Of a stretch of DNA of 64,000 nucleotides, positions 62,131 to 64,000 are shown piece by piece. Source of the stretch: Dipteris shenzhenensis. Lineage: Eukaryota. The notes under the pieces were generated by a model that saw only the letters and a program-made list of their open reading frames with translations, had not been told where the DNA came from and ran no database searches. A program made the translations under genes and the position numbers. How positions within the stretch are numbered: the stretch's first letter is position 1; each line of letters begins with the position of its first letter. The stretch is taken from the NCBI GenBank assembly GCA_047967505.1, contig CM106538.1. One strand, 5' to 3'.

Positions 62131-63465
62131 TTTTTGCCCAAAAAAAAAAAGACTTCTATTTAGTAAGAAAGAAACTCGCTAGAGCAAGCTCTGTGTGGAA
62201 ATACAACATGCTAAGCATGTAATAAAAAACACCTCAGAAGAATGAGGTAGACAGAAACCAAGGCTGCGGCTGAAAATGCCAACTCAACCCTGTAGAAGTC
62301 TCAGCAAAGAAGGGAGAGTCTCTCCAATCTATGAGTAAAGCAACTCTCCTGGAGGAGGCTGCTCGAGAGGATCCCTGCATGGTCGCCCAAATGGCCATCA
62401 GAGAGTGTACCGTATCTGTCCAAGTACTGGCCAAGATCTGAGAAGGGTGAACCTGAGAATCCCCAGGTCATATAGAAGGGGAGGCTAACAAAAGTGCTAA
62501 AAAGTCTTGCAATCCCCTTTCATATGATTCTCGCCTGTCTGCAATCCCAAAGGCAGTGCTGTATTGTCTCCGAAGCAGAAAGGCAACGAGTGCAAGTAGG
62601 GTCAGCCTCAAACCTGGATCTCCAATGGTTCACTGCTATCCCACCATGAATAGAAAGCCAAAAGAAGAGAGTGATGTTTCTTTTCCGGTGGGATTTCCAG
62701 AGCCTCTGCCAAAAAATTTTCTGCAAGTCAATAGAAATCTGAAAGTTCTCCCAATGAGGAGCTCCGGTAGGCCTCCAACCCCTAGAGCTGAGCTGGAATT
62801 TCCTGACATTACTAACCGTGTAACAAAAGAAGGGGATGCCCTTCTCTCGGTGCCCTTCATCTATCCATTCCCATTCCCCAGGGTCCCACTGCAAAAACTT
62901 AATTGGGACACCTCCATAGAGCCATAGCCTCCATGAGCCCAGGGCAATGAGAAGCTCGGGTCAGGATCCAAGTACCAGTGTGAAAGAGAGCCATGCTCCA
63001 TGAAGCCCACTATCCTGACTGGCTGAAACGGTACCTCTAACAAGATATCTTCTATGGATCTGGACAGCCTGCCCCCCGAAGAAACATCAAAGACTAAGGC
63101 ATCCTCATGTGTGTCATGAAAAGCAATCACCTGTAAAGGAACTCCCAATCCGGAAAATGCCCCCATCCAGGTGGAGCAAGAAATAGGCATGTCATCGGTG
63201 TCCACCCAATCCAAGGGCAAGGCTGCATCAATTTGTTGGACTCTCCCTGCACTTCCTATGAGATTAAGAACCATCTGTGCTTGTTGGTCTGCAGGAAGCT
63301 TCCTGAATGCTTTCCATGCTCCCACGGTAGAAGCAGGGCCCCTCTCCCATCTTGGCCACTGCATGTAAGGAGAAGCTCCAAGTGGTCTGCCATGCTCATC
63401 CAAAATACTGTCATTCCACATGATAGGCTTCCTTTCAATCTCTTCACAGGTGGATGGGGGAATCT
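62130..63465 (-). mobile_element. 5'-truncated LINE 3' part (same subfamily as 16620-21177) with a small internal deletion
   Basis: Near-identical ORF2 tail ([15 protein letters not shown].., [23 protein letters not shown]) and 3' UTR. Confidence 0.9.
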
Positions 63466-64000
63466 ATCATCCTGCTTCAACATGTATCCACTTGCTTGGT
63501 ACTATTTCTTTTGGTTTTTCAATAGTATGCTTATTAAGAAATGAAATGTTTTCCTACTGTTCAGTTACGGACAATGGGGACTAGGTCTAGCATTTGAGGG
63601 TGGACCCCCTTGCTTGGGGTTATGGGCATTAGTGATCCACAAGAGTTATGGCCTCTCTTTGAGAGGGACATCTGGAAACCACACCCCACCTGAGTACCCA
63701 AACATGGGACCAATCAAATGCACAGATAGCATACCGACCTAGGAACCATTCAAGAAAATGTTCCCTGAGCTGTGGGTGTGGGCTTGGCAGCATGCCAAGA
63801 GTAATGGAGATACAAGATAAGACGACAAACAAATGAGCTCAGTATGGCTCAATTATGACCTTAGAGTACGTCAATAGATAGTCGAAGCTGTTAGGAACCC
63901 GTGGGTGCGATCAGAATTGAATTCTAACAACTTTGAAATTTTAGGGTTTTTGGGAGTGACACGTGGCAGACTGCCACATGGAATCTGAGCTGGCAGGTCA

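Noticed and set aside
55273-64000. Next FGT1 exon (expected CMHG..C-type motif)
   Set aside because: Not found by eye; presumably beyond the window end.

Overview
Plant nuclear DNA, probably from a large-genome land plant such as a fern (inferred from gene architecture and TE types; the species cannot be read from the sequence). The whole window lies inside one host gene on the + strand, a FORGETTER1/EMB1135 (Strawberry-notch family) orthologue. Eleven exons (1,159 nt, about 386 codons, consistent splice phases) are spread over 50 kb. Two giant introns (30,976 and 14,596 bp) and the two partial introns at the window edges are packed with nested Ty1/Copia, Ty3/Gypsy, L1-type LINE and hAT remnants, several delimited by exact LTRs, PBS, PPT and target-site duplications. 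The most unusual observations are: (1) an apparently young non-coding LTR retroelement carrying about 200 bp of plastid 16S rRNA just behind its PBS; (2) a LINE copy missing an in-frame 1,992-nt GT..AG-bounded segment, which looks like a retrotransposed spliced transcript; (3) dense CCGTAC/GTAC (SBP/SPL-core) arrays in the leaders of several Copia elements; (4) an identical -1 frame break at an A6G4 run in the endonuclease of two separate LINE copies.
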